Shown here one piece after another: positions 1 through 9,442 of a stretch of 64,000 bases of DNA. Made by a program: the position numbers and the translations under genes. Position 1 is the first letter of the stretch, and each line of letters begins with the position of its first letter. The stretch covers positions 56,858 to 120,857 of the forward strand of contig JBPPMT010000105.1 of assembly GCA_051306195.1 (NCBI GenBank), written 5' to 3'. This DNA comes from Solirubrobacterales bacterium. GTDB taxonomy: Bacteria > Actinomycetota > Thermoleophilia > Solirubrobacterales > 70-9. The notes beneath the pieces are model-generated. The model saw nothing but the letters and a program-made list of their open reading frames with translations, ran no database searches and was not told where the DNA came from.

Positions 1-418
1 AGAAGATGCCGAACGGCCGGTCAGGACGGTCAACATCATTCGGGCGGAGCTGCTCGAAAGTGACGCTGAACGGGCGACCTTCGAAGTCGAAGTCAGCTCA
101 GGCACTTACGTGCGGACCCTGATCGAAACCCTCGGCGATGCCTACTGCGAGGAGCTGCGGCGGACGGCGGTCGGCGGAATCGGCATCGATCGGGCGGGCG
201 AGGTCCTGACCCCGCTGGAAGCGCTCGACTTCCTGCCGAGGATCGAGATCACTCCGACCGAGGCCGTGACCATCGGCTATGGCCAGACCCTGAAAGCCGA
301 CGACCGCATCCCCGAGGGGGAACCGGTCCTGCTGGTCAACGGGGATAACCTGACCGCCGTGGCTAGTCGAGCTGGAGACAAACTGAAAGCCGAAGTCGTG
401 CTGGAGCCCCAGGGCTGA
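1..418 (+). CDS. truB: tRNA pseudouridine(55) synthase TruB, C-terminal part (5' end outside the window)
   Basis: The frame is open from the window edge to TGA 416-418. The translation contains ...VEVSSGTYVRTLIETLGDAYC..LRRTAVG, a typical TruB block. The 'M' at 110 in the ORF track is an internal GTG. Synteny is truB-ribF-rpsO. Confidence 0.88.
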   Translation, partial: EDAERPVRTVNIIRAELLESDAERATFEVEVSSGTYVRTLIETLGDAYCEELRRTAVGGIGIDRAGEVLTPLEALDFLPRIEITPTEAVTIGYGQTLKADDRIPEGEPVLLVNGDNLTAVASRAGDKLKAEVVLEPQG

Positions 419-1302
419 TGATCAAGGTCACCGCACTGACCGATGCCGAGCATCGTCCCCGCCACATCGCGATCGGCACCTTCGACGGTGTACATGTGGG
501 CCACCGGGCAGTCATCGAGGGGGCCGACACGGTCCTCACCTTCGATCCGCACCCGCTTGAAGTGCTCCATCCGCAGGCAGCCCCCAAGCTCCTGATGCCT
601 TTTGGCGTCAAGCGGGATGTCCTTGACGGTATCGGGGTTGATGAGATGGTCGTGATCAACTTCGACGAAGCCTTCACGCAGATCACCGCTGACCAGTTCA
701 TCGAAGAGATCCTGATCGAGAAGCTCGGCGCGGAGAAAGTCTCGGTCGGAGAGAACTTCCGTTTTGGTGCCCGGGCCCAGGGCACTCCGGAGATGCTCAG
801 TGGCCGGCCTGAATTCGAGACCAGAGTCGTTCCGCTGATCGAAGTCGGAGGCGAGGCGGTTTCTTCGACCAGGATCCGCGCCCTGGTGGCCGCCGGCGAA
901 ATGCCGGAGGCGCGCGAATGCCTCGGAGTGCCGTTCATGGTTGAAGGCACAGTCGTCGAAGGGGATCAGCGGGGCCGTGGACTTGGCTTCCCGACTGCGA
1001 ACGTGGTTCCGGATGACCGACTTGTCAATCCCGGGCACGGAGTCTACGCGGCGTTTGCCAACGGCCTGCCCGCCGCCGTCAACATCGGCGTGAGGCCGAC
1101 CTTCGAGACCGGGAGGGGAGTGCTGATCGAGTCCTACCTGCTTGATCAGGACGTCGATCTTTATGGCCACGTCCTCCGGGTCGCCTTCGTCGAGCGCCTC
1201 CGCGGCGAGAAAAGGTTCGATTCCGCCGAGGACCTGATCGAGCAGATGAAGGCTGATGTCGATGCCACGAGGCGCGTCTGTGCTAGCTTCCAGCGGCCGT
1301 AA
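418..1302 (+). CDS. ribF: bifunctional riboflavin kinase / FAD synthetase
   Basis: 294 aa. N-terminal nucleotidyltransferase motif GTFDGVHVGHRAVI and a C-terminal riboflavin-kinase half (GFPTAN, LYG..L.V.F..RLR.E..F). The ATG shares one base with the truB stop (TGATG). Confidence 0.93.
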   Translation: MIKVTALTDAEHRPRHIAIGTFDGVHVGHRAVIEGADTVLTFDPHPLEVLHPQAAPKLLMPFGVKRDVLDGIGVDEMVVINFDEAFTQITADQFIEEILIEKLGAEKVSVGENFRFGARAQGTPEMLSGRPEFETRVVPLIEVGGEAVSSTRIRALVAAGEMPEARECLGVPFMVEGTVVEGDQRGRGLGFPTANVVPDDRLVNPGHGVYAAFANGLPAAVNIGVRPTFETGRGVLIESYLLDQDVDLYGHVLRVAFVERLRGEKRFDSAEDLIEQMKADVDATRRVCASFQRP

Positions 1303-1338
1303 CAGGGGCTGATCCCGCGGCCCCGAACCAAGGAACCA

Positions 1339-1608
1339 ATGACTCTTACTAAAGATTACAAAGCCGAAGTAATCGGCAAATATGGCCAGAAGGATGGCGA
1401 CACCGGCTCGACCGAGGTCCAGGTCGCGCTGCTCACGGAGCGGATCAACGACCTCACGGGTCACCTGCGTGAGCACAGCAAGGATCACCACTCCCGCCGC
1501 GGCCTGCTGATGATGGTCGGCAAGCGCCGCCGTCTCCTGCGTTACCTCGAGCGGACCGACGTTGAGCGTTACCGCTCACTGGTCTCCGAACTCGGCCTCA
1601 GGCATTGA
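1339..1608 (+). CDS. rpsO: 30S ribosomal protein S15
   Basis: 89 aa with the S15 signature ([47 protein letters not shown]). Confidence 0.97.
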   Translation: MTLTKDYKAEVIGKYGQKDGDTGSTEVQVALLTERINDLTGHLREHSKDHHSRRGLLMMVGKRRRLLRYLERTDVERYRSLVSELGLRH

Positions 1609-2051
1609 TCGAAGTCGGGGCAGACGCTCCGGACTTCACCCTGGCGGATCACACCGGTCAGGAAGTTTCACTCTCGGACTTCGCCGGCCGACGCCTGCTG
1701 CTGGCTTTCTACCCGCTGGACTTCAGCCCGGTCTGCACTGACCAGCTCGCGTCCTACAAGGCGATCGAGCCGCAGCTGAAAGAGGCCGGGGTCAGCCTGG
1801 TCGGCATCAGCGTCGATTCAGCCTTCGCCCACAAGGCCTTCAGAGACAGCCTCGGGGTCGATACGGCACTCCTGGCCGATTTCGAGCCGAAAGGCGCCGT
1901 AGCCGACTCTTACGGGGCTTATCTCGGAGATGCAGGCCACTCGAACCGCTCATTGGTCCTGATCGACGCCAACGGCAAGGTCGAGTGGGTCTACGAGACC
2001 GACACACCGCTCGACATCCCGCCGCCCTCGGCGATCCTCGAAGCCATTTAG
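1605..2051 (+). CDS. peroxiredoxin (AhpC/TSA, Bcp-like thiol peroxidase)
   Basis: 148 aa. APDFTL...[17 protein letters not shown] contains the peroxidatic Cys motif. The TTG start overlaps the rpsO stop by 4 nt. Confidence 0.85.
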   Translation: MIEVGADAPDFTLADHTGQEVSLSDFAGRRLLLAFYPLDFSPVCTDQLASYKAIEPQLKEAGVSLVGISVDSAFAHKAFRDSLGVDTALLADFEPKGAVADSYGAYLGDAGHSNRSLVLIDANGKVEWVYETDTPLDIPPPSAILEAI

Positions 2052-2095
2052 ACCGACCTCGGAGTTCGGCCATTCAGACCAGCCTCGCGGTTTGG

Positions 2096-2201
2096 GGTGT
2101 GGGTCGCGGGGGTGAGTCCGGAGGAAACGCCCCTGTCGTCGGGCCGCGGGACGGAAGCGCCTCTGGGCCACATCCTCCGGACCCACGCCCGCGCCCACAC
2201 C
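2096..2201. repeat. extended imperfect inverted repeat (rod-like hairpin), a candidate structured RNA
   Basis: GGTGTGGGTCGCGGG (2096-2110) pairs with CCCGCGCCCACACC (2188-2201). GTCCGGAGGA (2116-2125) pairs perfectly with TCCTCCGGAC (2173-2182). About 47 nt of G/C-rich apical sequence lies between the arms. Confidence 0.6.
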
Positions 2202-2239
2202 GTCCCGAAGCTGGTTCTGTGCGGCGTTTGGTGCATCTA

Positions 2240-2281
2240 GGAGCAAGACTTGGCACAGAATGGCCAGTGCTCCATATTTTT
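2240..2281 (+). terminator. putative intrinsic terminator (plus strand)
   Basis: GGAGCA (2240-2245) pairs with TGCTCC (2268-2273), with an inner CTTGGC/GGCCAG helix, followed by ATATTTTT. TGCTCCATATTT can alternatively pair with AAATATCTGGAGCA (2294-2307). Confidence 0.45.
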
Positions 2282-2338
2282 CCGGCATAGGCGAAATATC
2301 TGGAGCACTACCCAGTCGAAGGGCTGGCTGGGGTGGGT

Positions 2339-2704
2339 TCAGGCCCAGGTCATTGGTTCGTAGCCGCTTGTGCGTGGGGCGGAGGCGATCAGGACTGTTA
2401 CGGGGATGCTGCCGTCGTTTCTGACCGTTCGCCGGAGGTTTGGGTCCAGGCGGGTGAACGTGCCGGCCGGGGCCGGGTGGTCCTCGCCGTCGATCACCAT
2501 CGTCGCGTCCCCTTCGAATACGAAGAAGACCTCCTCCTGATCACGATCGATCTCTTCGTGCTCGGGAATCTGTTCACCCGGAGGGATCTCGACCAGGTTG
2601 ATCCCGAAGGATTCGCACCCCAGGGTCCGTCGCACCAGCGACCAGTTGCCATTTTTCTCAAGCTCGTCGCGGTGAGCAACGGAAAAGCCGTCTCCTCGGT
2701 CCAT
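2339..2704 (-). CDS. cupin domain protein
   Basis: Cupin-like core (GINLVEIPPGEQIPEHEE...EVFFVFEGDATMVIDGE). I prefer the ATG at 2704, which is preceded by GAGGAAA, over the ORF-track start at 2755, which has no SD. Confidence 0.78.
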   Translation of the reverse strand: MDRGDGFSVAHRDELEKNGNWSLVRRTLGCESFGINLVEIPPGEQIPEHEEIDRDQEEVFFVFEGDATMVIDGEDHPAPAGTFTRLDPNLRRTVRNDGSIPVTVLIASAPRTSGYEPMTWA

Positions 2705-2807
2705 TGTTTCCTCTTCGGTCGGGTTCTTCTCCTCGTTATATCCCCATATGCGCACAACGAGGAGAAGGACCCCGCAAGCTCCTTAAGCTCCGCAAATTCC
2801 GCAAAGG

Positions 2808-2886
2808 CTCTGGGTCTGTACGCTTACCGGCGATAAGAGAACCCAGAGTTCTAAAGACAAAAGCCGCCATCCGGGCGGTTGGAGGA
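2808..2886 (+). promoter_or_regulatory. structured pnp 5' leader (two hairpins abutting the SD); possibly the Actino-pnp type element
   Basis: CTCTGGGT (2808-2815) pairs with ACCCAGAG (2841-2848). CCGCC (2864-2868) pairs with GGCGG (2874-2878), immediately before the SD GGAGGA (2881-2886) and ATG 2898. Confidence 0.4.
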
Positions 2887-2897
2887 TGTAAAACAGA

Positions 2898-5135
2898 ATG
2901 AGTATCTTTGAAACGACGCGCGTTTCCGTGCGTATTGGCGAAGACGAGATCGCCTTTGAGACCGGCAAGATTGCCAAGCAGGCAAGCGGCGCTGTCATCG
3001 TCACCAGTGGTGACACCATGGTCCTTTCCACCGCAACGATGGGCGGCCTGAGGGACGTTGATTTCCTTCCGCTCACCGTCGACATCGAAGAGCGCTACTA
3101 CGCTGTCGGCAAGATCCCCGGTTCATTCTTCCGCCGGGAAGCCCGTGCAGGCGAAAAGGCAACCTTGACCGCCCGCATGATCGACCGTCCGATCCGTCCG
3201 CTGTTCCCGTCGGGTTGGCACTACGAAACCCAGCTGGTGACCATCCCGATGTCGGTCGACCATGTCCATCCGTACGACATTCTTGCGATGAACGGCGCAT
3301 CCGCTGCCCTCGCGATCTCCGAGATCCCTGTTGCCAAGCATGTCGGCGCGGTCCGCATCGGACAGCTCGACGGTGACTTCATCGTCAACCCGAAGGAAGA
3401 GGATCACCCGAATCTCGACCTCGACCTGATCGTGGCCGGTACTGACGAAGCCATCCTGATGGTCGAAGCTGGCGCCAACGGCGTGTCCGAACAGGACATC
3501 CTCGATGCGCTCGACATCGCCCACGGCGAAATCAAGAAGCTCGTTGCAACGATCGAAGAGCTCCGCCAGAAGATCGGCAAGGAAAAGCTGGTCATCGAAG
3601 AGTCGAGCATCGACGAAGGCCTCCTCTCCGAGGTCAGGTCGTCGCACGGCCAGGCCCTGGTTGATGCCATCGCGACAGAAGGCAAGCTCGAGCGTTACGA
3701 AGCCATCGACAAGGTGAAAGACGACGTCGTCGCCCAATACACCGGCAGCATCGCGGACGACCTCGAAGCCGCCGCCAAGCGCCTCGAAGTCGGCAAGGCT
3801 TTCGACGCCGTTGAGAAGGACACGATCCGCAAGGCTATCGCCGTCGACAAGAGGCGCCCCGACGGTCGTGCCCAGGACGAGATCCGCACGATCGAGTGCG
3901 AGGTGGACATTTCACCGCGCGTTCACGGTTCGGGCCTCTTCACCCGTGGTGAGACCCAGGTCCTCGGCAACGTCACCTTGGGCACGACCCGGATGGACAT
4001 GAGGATTGATGGACTCGGTCTCGAGACCAGCAAGACCTTCTTCCACCACTACAACTTCCCGCCGTTCTCGGTGGGCGAGGCCGGCTTCATGCGCGGCCCG
4101 AAGCGCCGCGACATCGGTCACGGAGCGCTCGCCGAGCGCGCCCTGGCACCGTCGATCCCGGACCAGGAAGAGTTCCCGTACGTGATCCGCGCCGTCTCCG
4201 AGACGCTCGAATCCAACGGTTCCTCCTCGATGGGCTCCGTCTGTGCCTCGTCGATGGCGATGCAGGCTGCCGGTGTTCCGGTCAAGTCTCCCGTCGCCGG
4301 TGTGGCAATGGGCCTGATCAAGGAAGGCGATGATTACATCGTCCTCACCGACATCGCCGGAGTCGAAGATCACCTCGGTGACATGGACTTCAAGGTCGCT
4401 GGTTCCGCGGACGGCATCAACGCCCTCCAGATGGACATCAAGATCACCGGAGTCACCTTCGACATCCTGACTGACGCCCTGGAGCAGGCCCGCAAGGGTC
4501 GTCTGTTCATCCTCGGCAAGATGGCTGAAGCGATTGACGGTCCGCGTGAAGAGATGTCACCGCATGCCCCGCGTATCGAGTCGATCAAGATCGATCAGGA
4601 GAAGATCGGCGCGGTCATCGGCAAGGGTGGCGAGACCATTCGCAGCCTCTGCGAAGAGTTCGAAGCCGACATCGACGTCGAAGACGACGGCACGATTCGG
4701 ATCTACGCCCCGACCGGTACCCAGGTCGAAGAGGCCGTGGCCCGCATCGAAGGCATGACTCGCGAAGCCGAAATCGGCGACCGTTACCCGGCCGCCAAGG
4801 TCGTCAAGACGACCACCTTCGGTGCTTTCGTCGAGCTGACCAAGGGCACCGACGGACTGCTGCACATCTCCAACGTCAAGCCCGGAGGTCGGGTTGAGAC
4901 CGTTGAAGAGGTCCTCGAGTCCGGTCAGGTCATCGACGTCACCGTCGGCGAAGTCGACAAGGAGCGTGGCCGCATCGGCCTGCGCATGACTGACGACCCG
5001 GAGGTCGCCGGCAAGTCCAAGGATGAAATTGCCGCACTCGCTGCCAACAAGGGTGGCGGAGGCGGAGGCCGTGGAGGCGACCGCGAAGGCGGCCGCCGCC
5101 GTCGCGAGCGTGGCGACCGCGATCGCCGCGGCTAG
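2898..5135 (+). CDS. pnp: polynucleotide phosphorylase / polyribonucleotide nucleotidyltransferase
   Basis: 745 aa with two RNase PH domains, KH and S1 domains ([15 protein letters not shown]), and a Gly/Arg-rich C-terminal tail. Confidence 0.97.
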   Translation: MSIFETTRVSVRIGEDEIAFETGKIAKQASGAVIVTSGDTMVLSTATMGGLRDVDFLPLTVDIEERYYAVGKIPGSFFRREARAGEKATLTARMIDRPIRPLFPSGWHYETQLVTIPMSVDHVHPYDILAMNGASAALAISEIPVAKHVGAVRIGQLDGDFIVNPKEEDHPNLDLDLIVAGTDEAILMVEAGANGVSEQDILDALDIAHGEIKKLVATIEELRQKIGKEKLVIEESSIDEGLLSEVRSSHGQALVDAIATEGKLERYEAIDKVKDDVVAQYTGSIADDLEAAAKRLEVGKAFDAVEKDTIRKAIAVDKRRPDGRAQDEIRTIECEVDISPRVHGSGLFTRGETQVLGNVTLGTTRMDMRIDGLGLETSKTFFHHYNFPPFSVGEAGFMRGPKRRDIGHGALAERALAPSIPDQEEFPYVIRAVSETLESNGSSSMGSVCASSMAMQAAGVPVKSPVAGVAMGLIKEGDDYIVLTDIAGVEDHLGDMDFKVAGSADGINALQMDIKITGVTFDILTDALEQARKGRLFILGKMAEAIDGPREEMSPHAPRIESIKIDQEKIGAVIGKGGETIRSLCEEFEADIDVEDDGTIRIYAPTGTQVEEAVARIEGMTREAEIGDRYPAAKVVKTTTFGAFVELTKGTDGLLHISNVKPGGRVETVEEVLESGQVIDVTVGEVDKERGRIGLRMTDDPEVAGKSKDEIAALAANKGGGGGGRGGDREGGRRRRERGDRDRRG

Positions 5136-5144
5136 GCAACCAGC

Positions 5145-6419
5145 ATGAGCGATTCCGCTCGGTTGACAGAGTCTGAATCGGGCATCCGGGTAATCACCGA
5201 AGTAGTTCCTTCGGTGCGCTCGGTTGCCCTCGGGCTCTGGGTCCGAACCGGATCGCGTGACGAGACCCCCGCCCAGGCGGGGGTCTCTCACTTTCTGGAG
5301 CACCTGCTCTTCAAAGGCACCCCGAATTACAGCGCGATCGAGATCTCGGAGCGTTTCGACGGGCTCGGTGCTTCCTTCAACGCGGCCACCGGCAAGGAGA
5401 CCACCCATCTCCACGCCCGTTTCCTCGACGAGCACACCGAAGACGTCTTCAGCCTGCTCGGCGAGATGCTGCTGGAATCGACCTTCCCCGACATCGACTC
5501 GGAGCGTGATGTTGTGCTCGAGGAAATCGCGATGTACGAAGACGAGCCATCGGACCGGGTCCACGACTACCTGGCCGATGCGATGTTCGGTGACACCCCG
5601 CTGGGGCGACGCATCCTCGGCAAGGCGGACGTCATCGCCAACATCCCGGTGCCCGACATCGCCGAATATCACCGTCAGCGTTACGCCGGCGAGAACATCG
5701 TTGTCGCCGCCGCCGGCAATGTGGTCCACGACGAGATCGTGCGAATGACCGAGAAGCTGAGTCCCGCTACCGCCGGTGGCACCGCCGAAATCACGCCCCA
5801 GACCCCTTCGGCCGAAGGCCGCTGCGAGTTCGCGGTCAAGGACACCGAGCAGTACCACGTCTGCTTCGGCGCACCCGGCATCAACCGGGGAGACGACCGC
5901 CGTTTCGCGATGGGCGTCCTCGATTCGATCTTCGGTGGTTCAAGTTCGTCCCGCCTCTTCCGCGAGGTTCGCGAGAACCGCGGACTGGCCTATTCGGTGG
6001 GTTCCTATTCGGAGCAATTCACCGACACCGGAGTCGCCGCGATCTACGTCGGCACCCGCGAGGAGAACATCGAAGAAGCCTGCTCGATCATCGCCACCGA
6101 GCTCGAGCGGATCAGGACGGAACCGGTTTCCGGCGACGAGCTGGCCCGGGCCAAGGAGCACGTCAAGGGACGCCTGGTCCTGTCGGGCGAATCGAGCGCG
6201 GCCCGCATGTCCCGGATCGCCCGCTCGACCCTCCATGACCTGCCGCTGCTCTCGCTTGACGAGATGCTCGCCAGGGTTGATGCTGTGACCGTGGAAGACC
6301 TCTCCGCACTGGCCACCGAGATCTACGCGAGGGAAGGCCTTTCGACGGCCTGCGTCGGCCGTGACGAATCACGATTCAGGGCCGCTGTGGCTCCGGTGAG
6401 CGAGGCCCTGGCCACGTGA
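5145..6419 (+). CDS. M16 family zinc metallopeptidase (pitrilysin/PepR-like)
   Basis: 424 aa with the inverted zinc motif HFLEHLLFKGT. It occupies the position after pnp, as in other actinobacteria. Confidence 0.9.
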   Translation: MSDSARLTESESGIRVITEVVPSVRSVALGLWVRTGSRDETPAQAGVSHFLEHLLFKGTPNYSAIEISERFDGLGASFNAATGKETTHLHARFLDEHTEDVFSLLGEMLLESTFPDIDSERDVVLEEIAMYEDEPSDRVHDYLADAMFGDTPLGRRILGKADVIANIPVPDIAEYHRQRYAGENIVVAAAGNVVHDEIVRMTEKLSPATAGGTAEITPQTPSAEGRCEFAVKDTEQYHVCFGAPGINRGDDRRFAMGVLDSIFGGSSSSRLFREVRENRGLAYSVGSYSEQFTDTGVAAIYVGTREENIEEACSIIATELERIRTEPVSGDELARAKEHVKGRLVLSGESSAARMSRIARSTLHDLPLLSLDEMLARVDAVTVEDLSALATEIYAREGLSTACVGRDESRFRAAVAPVSEALAT

Positions 6420-7084
6420 TCAGGGTCGGAGTAGCCGGAGCAGACGGCAGGATGGGATCGACCGTCTGCGAGTCGGTCGAAGCGGCCGACGGAATGGAGC
6501 TCACGGGACGGGCTGATCCCGCCCTGGGGGTCGAATTGAGCGAGATCCTGCCCGATGCCGATGTGGTCGTCGAGTTCAGCACCCCGGACACGACGCTGGT
6601 CAACGCGATCCAGTGCCTCGAGGCCGGAGTCCACGTCGTAGTTGGCGCGACCGGTTTCGACCTCGACCGGCTGCGTGAGGCGGCGGAGAAGTCCGATGCC
6701 AACTGTTTTGTGGCCCCGAACTTCGCGATTGGCGCCGTCCTCCTGATGACCCTCTCCGAACAGGTCGCAAAGCACATGCCGGAGTGCGAGATCATCGAGC
6801 TCCACCACGACAAGAAGCTCGACGCGCCGTCCGGCACCGCAAAGCGCACGGAAGAACTGATCAGCGCCGCCGGCGGCAACGTCCACCAGCCGATCCATTC
6901 AGTCCGCCTGCCGGGACTCGTGGCTCATCAGGAAGTTCTCTTCGGCGGCGAGGGCCAGACGCTCTCGATCCGTCATGACAGCATCGACCGCTCCTCGTTC
7001 ATGCCCGGGGTGGTCCTCTCGGTTCGCAAAGTAGGCCAGCTCGAAGACCGGTTCACGGTCGGGTTGGAGAAGCTCCTCTCGTGA
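6416..7084 (+). CDS. dapB: 4-hydroxy-tetrahydrodipicolinate reductase
   Basis: 222 aa. N-terminal IRVGVAGADGRMG Rossmann motif, and ELHHDKKLDAPSGTA, the DapB catalytic signature. The GTG start overlaps the upstream stop by 4 nt. Confidence 0.9.
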   Translation: MIRVGVAGADGRMGSTVCESVEAADGMELTGRADPALGVELSEILPDADVVVEFSTPDTTLVNAIQCLEAGVHVVVGATGFDLDRLREAAEKSDANCFVAPNFAIGAVLLMTLSEQVAKHMPECEIIELHHDKKLDAPSGTAKRTEELISAAGGNVHQPIHSVRLPGLVAHQEVLFGGEGQTLSIRHDSIDRSSFMPGVVLSVRKVGQLEDRFTVGLEKLLS

Positions 7085-8544
7085 GTTACGAAATCAGAAG
7101 CCTCGACGCAACCGGCCAGGCCGAACTTGTGGCCAGTGGCGAAGCCAGCCCGACCGAACTCCTCGACGTCGCTCTGGGACAGGCGGAGAAAGTCAACCCC
7201 GAGATCAACGCGATCATCAGCCCCCTCTACGACGAGGCCAGGGTCGCCGCAGCCGGTGAACTCCCCGACGGACCGTTCAGGGGTGTGCCGTTCATCTTCA
7301 AGGACCTCGGTGCTGGACTCGCCGGTCAGCCCTTTCACATGGGCAACCGCCTGCTGAAGGAGATCGACTTCAAGGTCCCGTTCGACACCCATCTCGGTTC
7401 CCGCTTCCGTGATGCGGGCCTGGTCACGATCGGCCGCGCGAGTACCCCCGAATTCGGAATCCTTCCGACGACCGAACCGGTTGCCTACGGCCCCACAAAG
7501 AACCCCTGGGACACGACCCGGAGCACCGGAGGTTCAAGCGGCGGGTCAGCCGCGGCCGTGGCTGCCGGCATCGTGCCGATGGCCCATGCGTCTGACGGCG
7601 GGGGATCGATCCGCATTCCTGCCAGCGCCAACGGCCTGCTCGGTCTCAAGGCAACCCGAGCCCGCATCTCCCAGGCCCCGATGAACGGCGACACGATGTC
7701 CGGTCTCACGACCGAGCTCGTCGTCTCGAAGTCGGTTCGCGACACCGCGAGGATGCTCGACTGGGTCCACGGCCCGGTCGCGGGTGATCCCTACGGCTGT
7801 CCACCTCCCGCTCATCCTTACGTCGAAGACCTCGGGATCGCACCCGGAAGCCTCAGGATCGGCCTGCTGACGAAGCCGATGACAGGAGACGTCCTCGATG
7901 CCGAGATCATCGACGCCGTTCGGGCGGCCGCAGGCAAGCTAGAAGTGCTCGGCCACGAGATCACCGAACCGGAACTGCCGACCGACGATGGCGACGACGC
8001 CCTGTATGAGACGTTCATCACCCGCTGGGCGGCCGGCATGAGCCAGACGGTTTCGACGCTCGGCACAGTCGTCGGACGTGAGCTCACTGCCGATGACGTC
8101 GAACCCCTGACCTGGGCACTGGCCGAACGCGGCCAACGGGAAAGCGGCGCCTTGTACCTGAGCGCGATCCAGCAGCACCAGATCCTGGCGCGGACGATCG
8201 CCAGCCTCTACCGGAGTGATTTGAATCCGGGCGGATTCGACTTGATAATGACGCCGACCCTCGCAACAGTGCCGCCGAAACTCGGCCACTTCGACGACAC
8301 CGGCCCGAACCCGATGGATGCCATGGAAAAGGCACGTGATTTCGCTAACTTCACCGGTGCGTTCAACTCCACCGGACAACCTGCCATCTCGATCCCGATG
8401 GAAATGAGCGCCGAAGGGATGCCGATCGGCATCCAACTGGTTGCGCCGCTCTGGCGTGAAGACCTGTTGATCCAGGTCGCCGCACAGGTGGAAACAGCGC
8501 ACCCCTGGGCTGATCGGCGCGCCCCGGCTTTCGCTGCTGAGTAA
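7081..8544 (+). CDS. amidase (amidase-signature family)
   Basis: 487 aa with the AS-family core GGSSGGSAAAVAAG...SDGGGSIRIPAS. Translationally coupled to dapB (4-nt overlap). Confidence 0.85.
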   Translation: MSYEIRSLDATGQAELVASGEASPTELLDVALGQAEKVNPEINAIISPLYDEARVAAAGELPDGPFRGVPFIFKDLGAGLAGQPFHMGNRLLKEIDFKVPFDTHLGSRFRDAGLVTIGRASTPEFGILPTTEPVAYGPTKNPWDTTRSTGGSSGGSAAAVAAGIVPMAHASDGGGSIRIPASANGLLGLKATRARISQAPMNGDTMSGLTTELVVSKSVRDTARMLDWVHGPVAGDPYGCPPPAHPYVEDLGIAPGSLRIGLLTKPMTGDVLDAEIIDAVRAAAGKLEVLGHEITEPELPTDDGDDALYETFITRWAAGMSQTVSTLGTVVGRELTADDVEPLTWALAERGQRESGALYLSAIQQHQILARTIASLYRSDLNPGGFDLIMTPTLATVPPKLGHFDDTGPNPMDAMEKARDFANFTGAFNSTGQPAISIPMEMSAEGMPIGIQLVAPLWREDLLIQVAAQVETAHPWADRRAPAFAAE

Positions 8545-8560
8545 TGGATAAGGTGACACC

Positions 8561-9442
8561 GTGAGCGAGATTCAAGGAGTAATCACGGCGATGGCCACCG
8601 TTTTCCACGACGACGGCGAAGTCGACGTGCCCGAAACACGGAAGCTTGCGCGCTACCTGGTCGACCACGGATCCCACGGACTTGTGGTCTCCGGGACCAC
8701 CGGCGAGTCACCGACGCTCGAAGATGACGAGAAGCTCGAATTGCTCAGAGAAGTGCTGGAAGAGGTCGGCGACGAAGCGACGATCGTCTTCGGCAGCGGC
8801 TCGAACGACACCCGTCATTCAGTCGAACTGACCAAAGCTGGCGCCGCCGCCGGAGCCCACGCCAGCCTCATCGCAACGCCGTATTACAACCTTCCGAACC
8901 GGGCCGGAATCATCGGCCACTTCGAATCGATCGCCGAGGCCGAGCCCGGCCTGCCGATGGTGCTCTACAACGTGCCGACCCGGACCGCGGTCAACATGCC
9001 CGTCGACCTGCTCGCCGAACTGGGGAAGATCCCGAACGTCGTAGCGGTCAAGCAGGCAAACGACGATGACCTCGGCCCGATCGACGGTCTCGAACTGCTG
9101 GCCGGCAACGACGGCGTCTTCCTCGAAGCGCTGAAGCTCGGTGGAACCGGCGGCATCCTCGTCGCCTCCCACATCGCCGGCGAAGGCATGCGCGAAGTCT
9201 GGGACCTGTTCCAGGCCGGCGACATCGAGGGCGCCGAAAAGAAGGACAACGAACTTAGACCCGTCTACGCAGCGATGGGTGTCACGACAAATCCAATACC
9301 GGTCAAGGCCGCACTTGAAATGGCCGGCTGCTGTCCGGCCACGATGCGCCTGCCGATGGTCGAAGCGACCGAAGAAGAGAAAGCTGAAATTAGAACTTTG
9401 ATTGAACAAACTGGAATCACTCTGTCCGGAAGTACCTCTTGA
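8561..9442 (+). CDS. dapA: 4-hydroxy-tetrahydrodipicolinate synthase
   Basis: 293 aa. Contains GLVVSGTTGESPTL, the YYN motif (TPYYNLP) and a VKQA region carrying the Schiff-base Lys. Confidence 0.93.
   Translation: MSEIQGVITAMATVFHDDGEVDVPETRKLARYLVDHGSHGLVVSGTTGESPTLEDDEKLELLREVLEEVGDEATIVFGSGSNDTRHSVELTKAGAAAGAHASLIATPYYNLPNRAGIIGHFESIAEAEPGLPMVLYNVPTRTAVNMPVDLLAELGKIPNVVAVKQANDDDLGPIDGLELLAGNDGVFLEALKLGGTGGILVASHIAGEGMREVWDLFQAGDIEGAEKKDNELRPVYAAMGVTTNPIPVKAALEMAGCCPATMRLPMVEATEEEKAEIRTLIEQTGITLSGSTS

Noticed and set aside
277-1491. 404-aa minus-strand ORF. Similar very long ORFs occur at 4557-5858, 15853-17355, 24257-25786, 38172-39596, 40307-41533, 53040-54110 and 55014-56063.
   Set aside because: Each lies antisense to, or out of frame within, a gene with unmistakable conserved motifs (ribF, pnp/M16, ftsK/cinA, dapF/dapL, and others). 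Their translations are R/G/P/D-rich and low-complexity, which is typical of stop-poor shadow frames in high-GC DNA.
2096-2201. Small SRP (4.5S) RNA identity for the rod-like hairpin.
   Set aside because: The shape is suggestive, but the apical region lacks the conserved GGAA tetraloop flanked by the AGCA/GGUCC symmetric-loop sequences on either strand.
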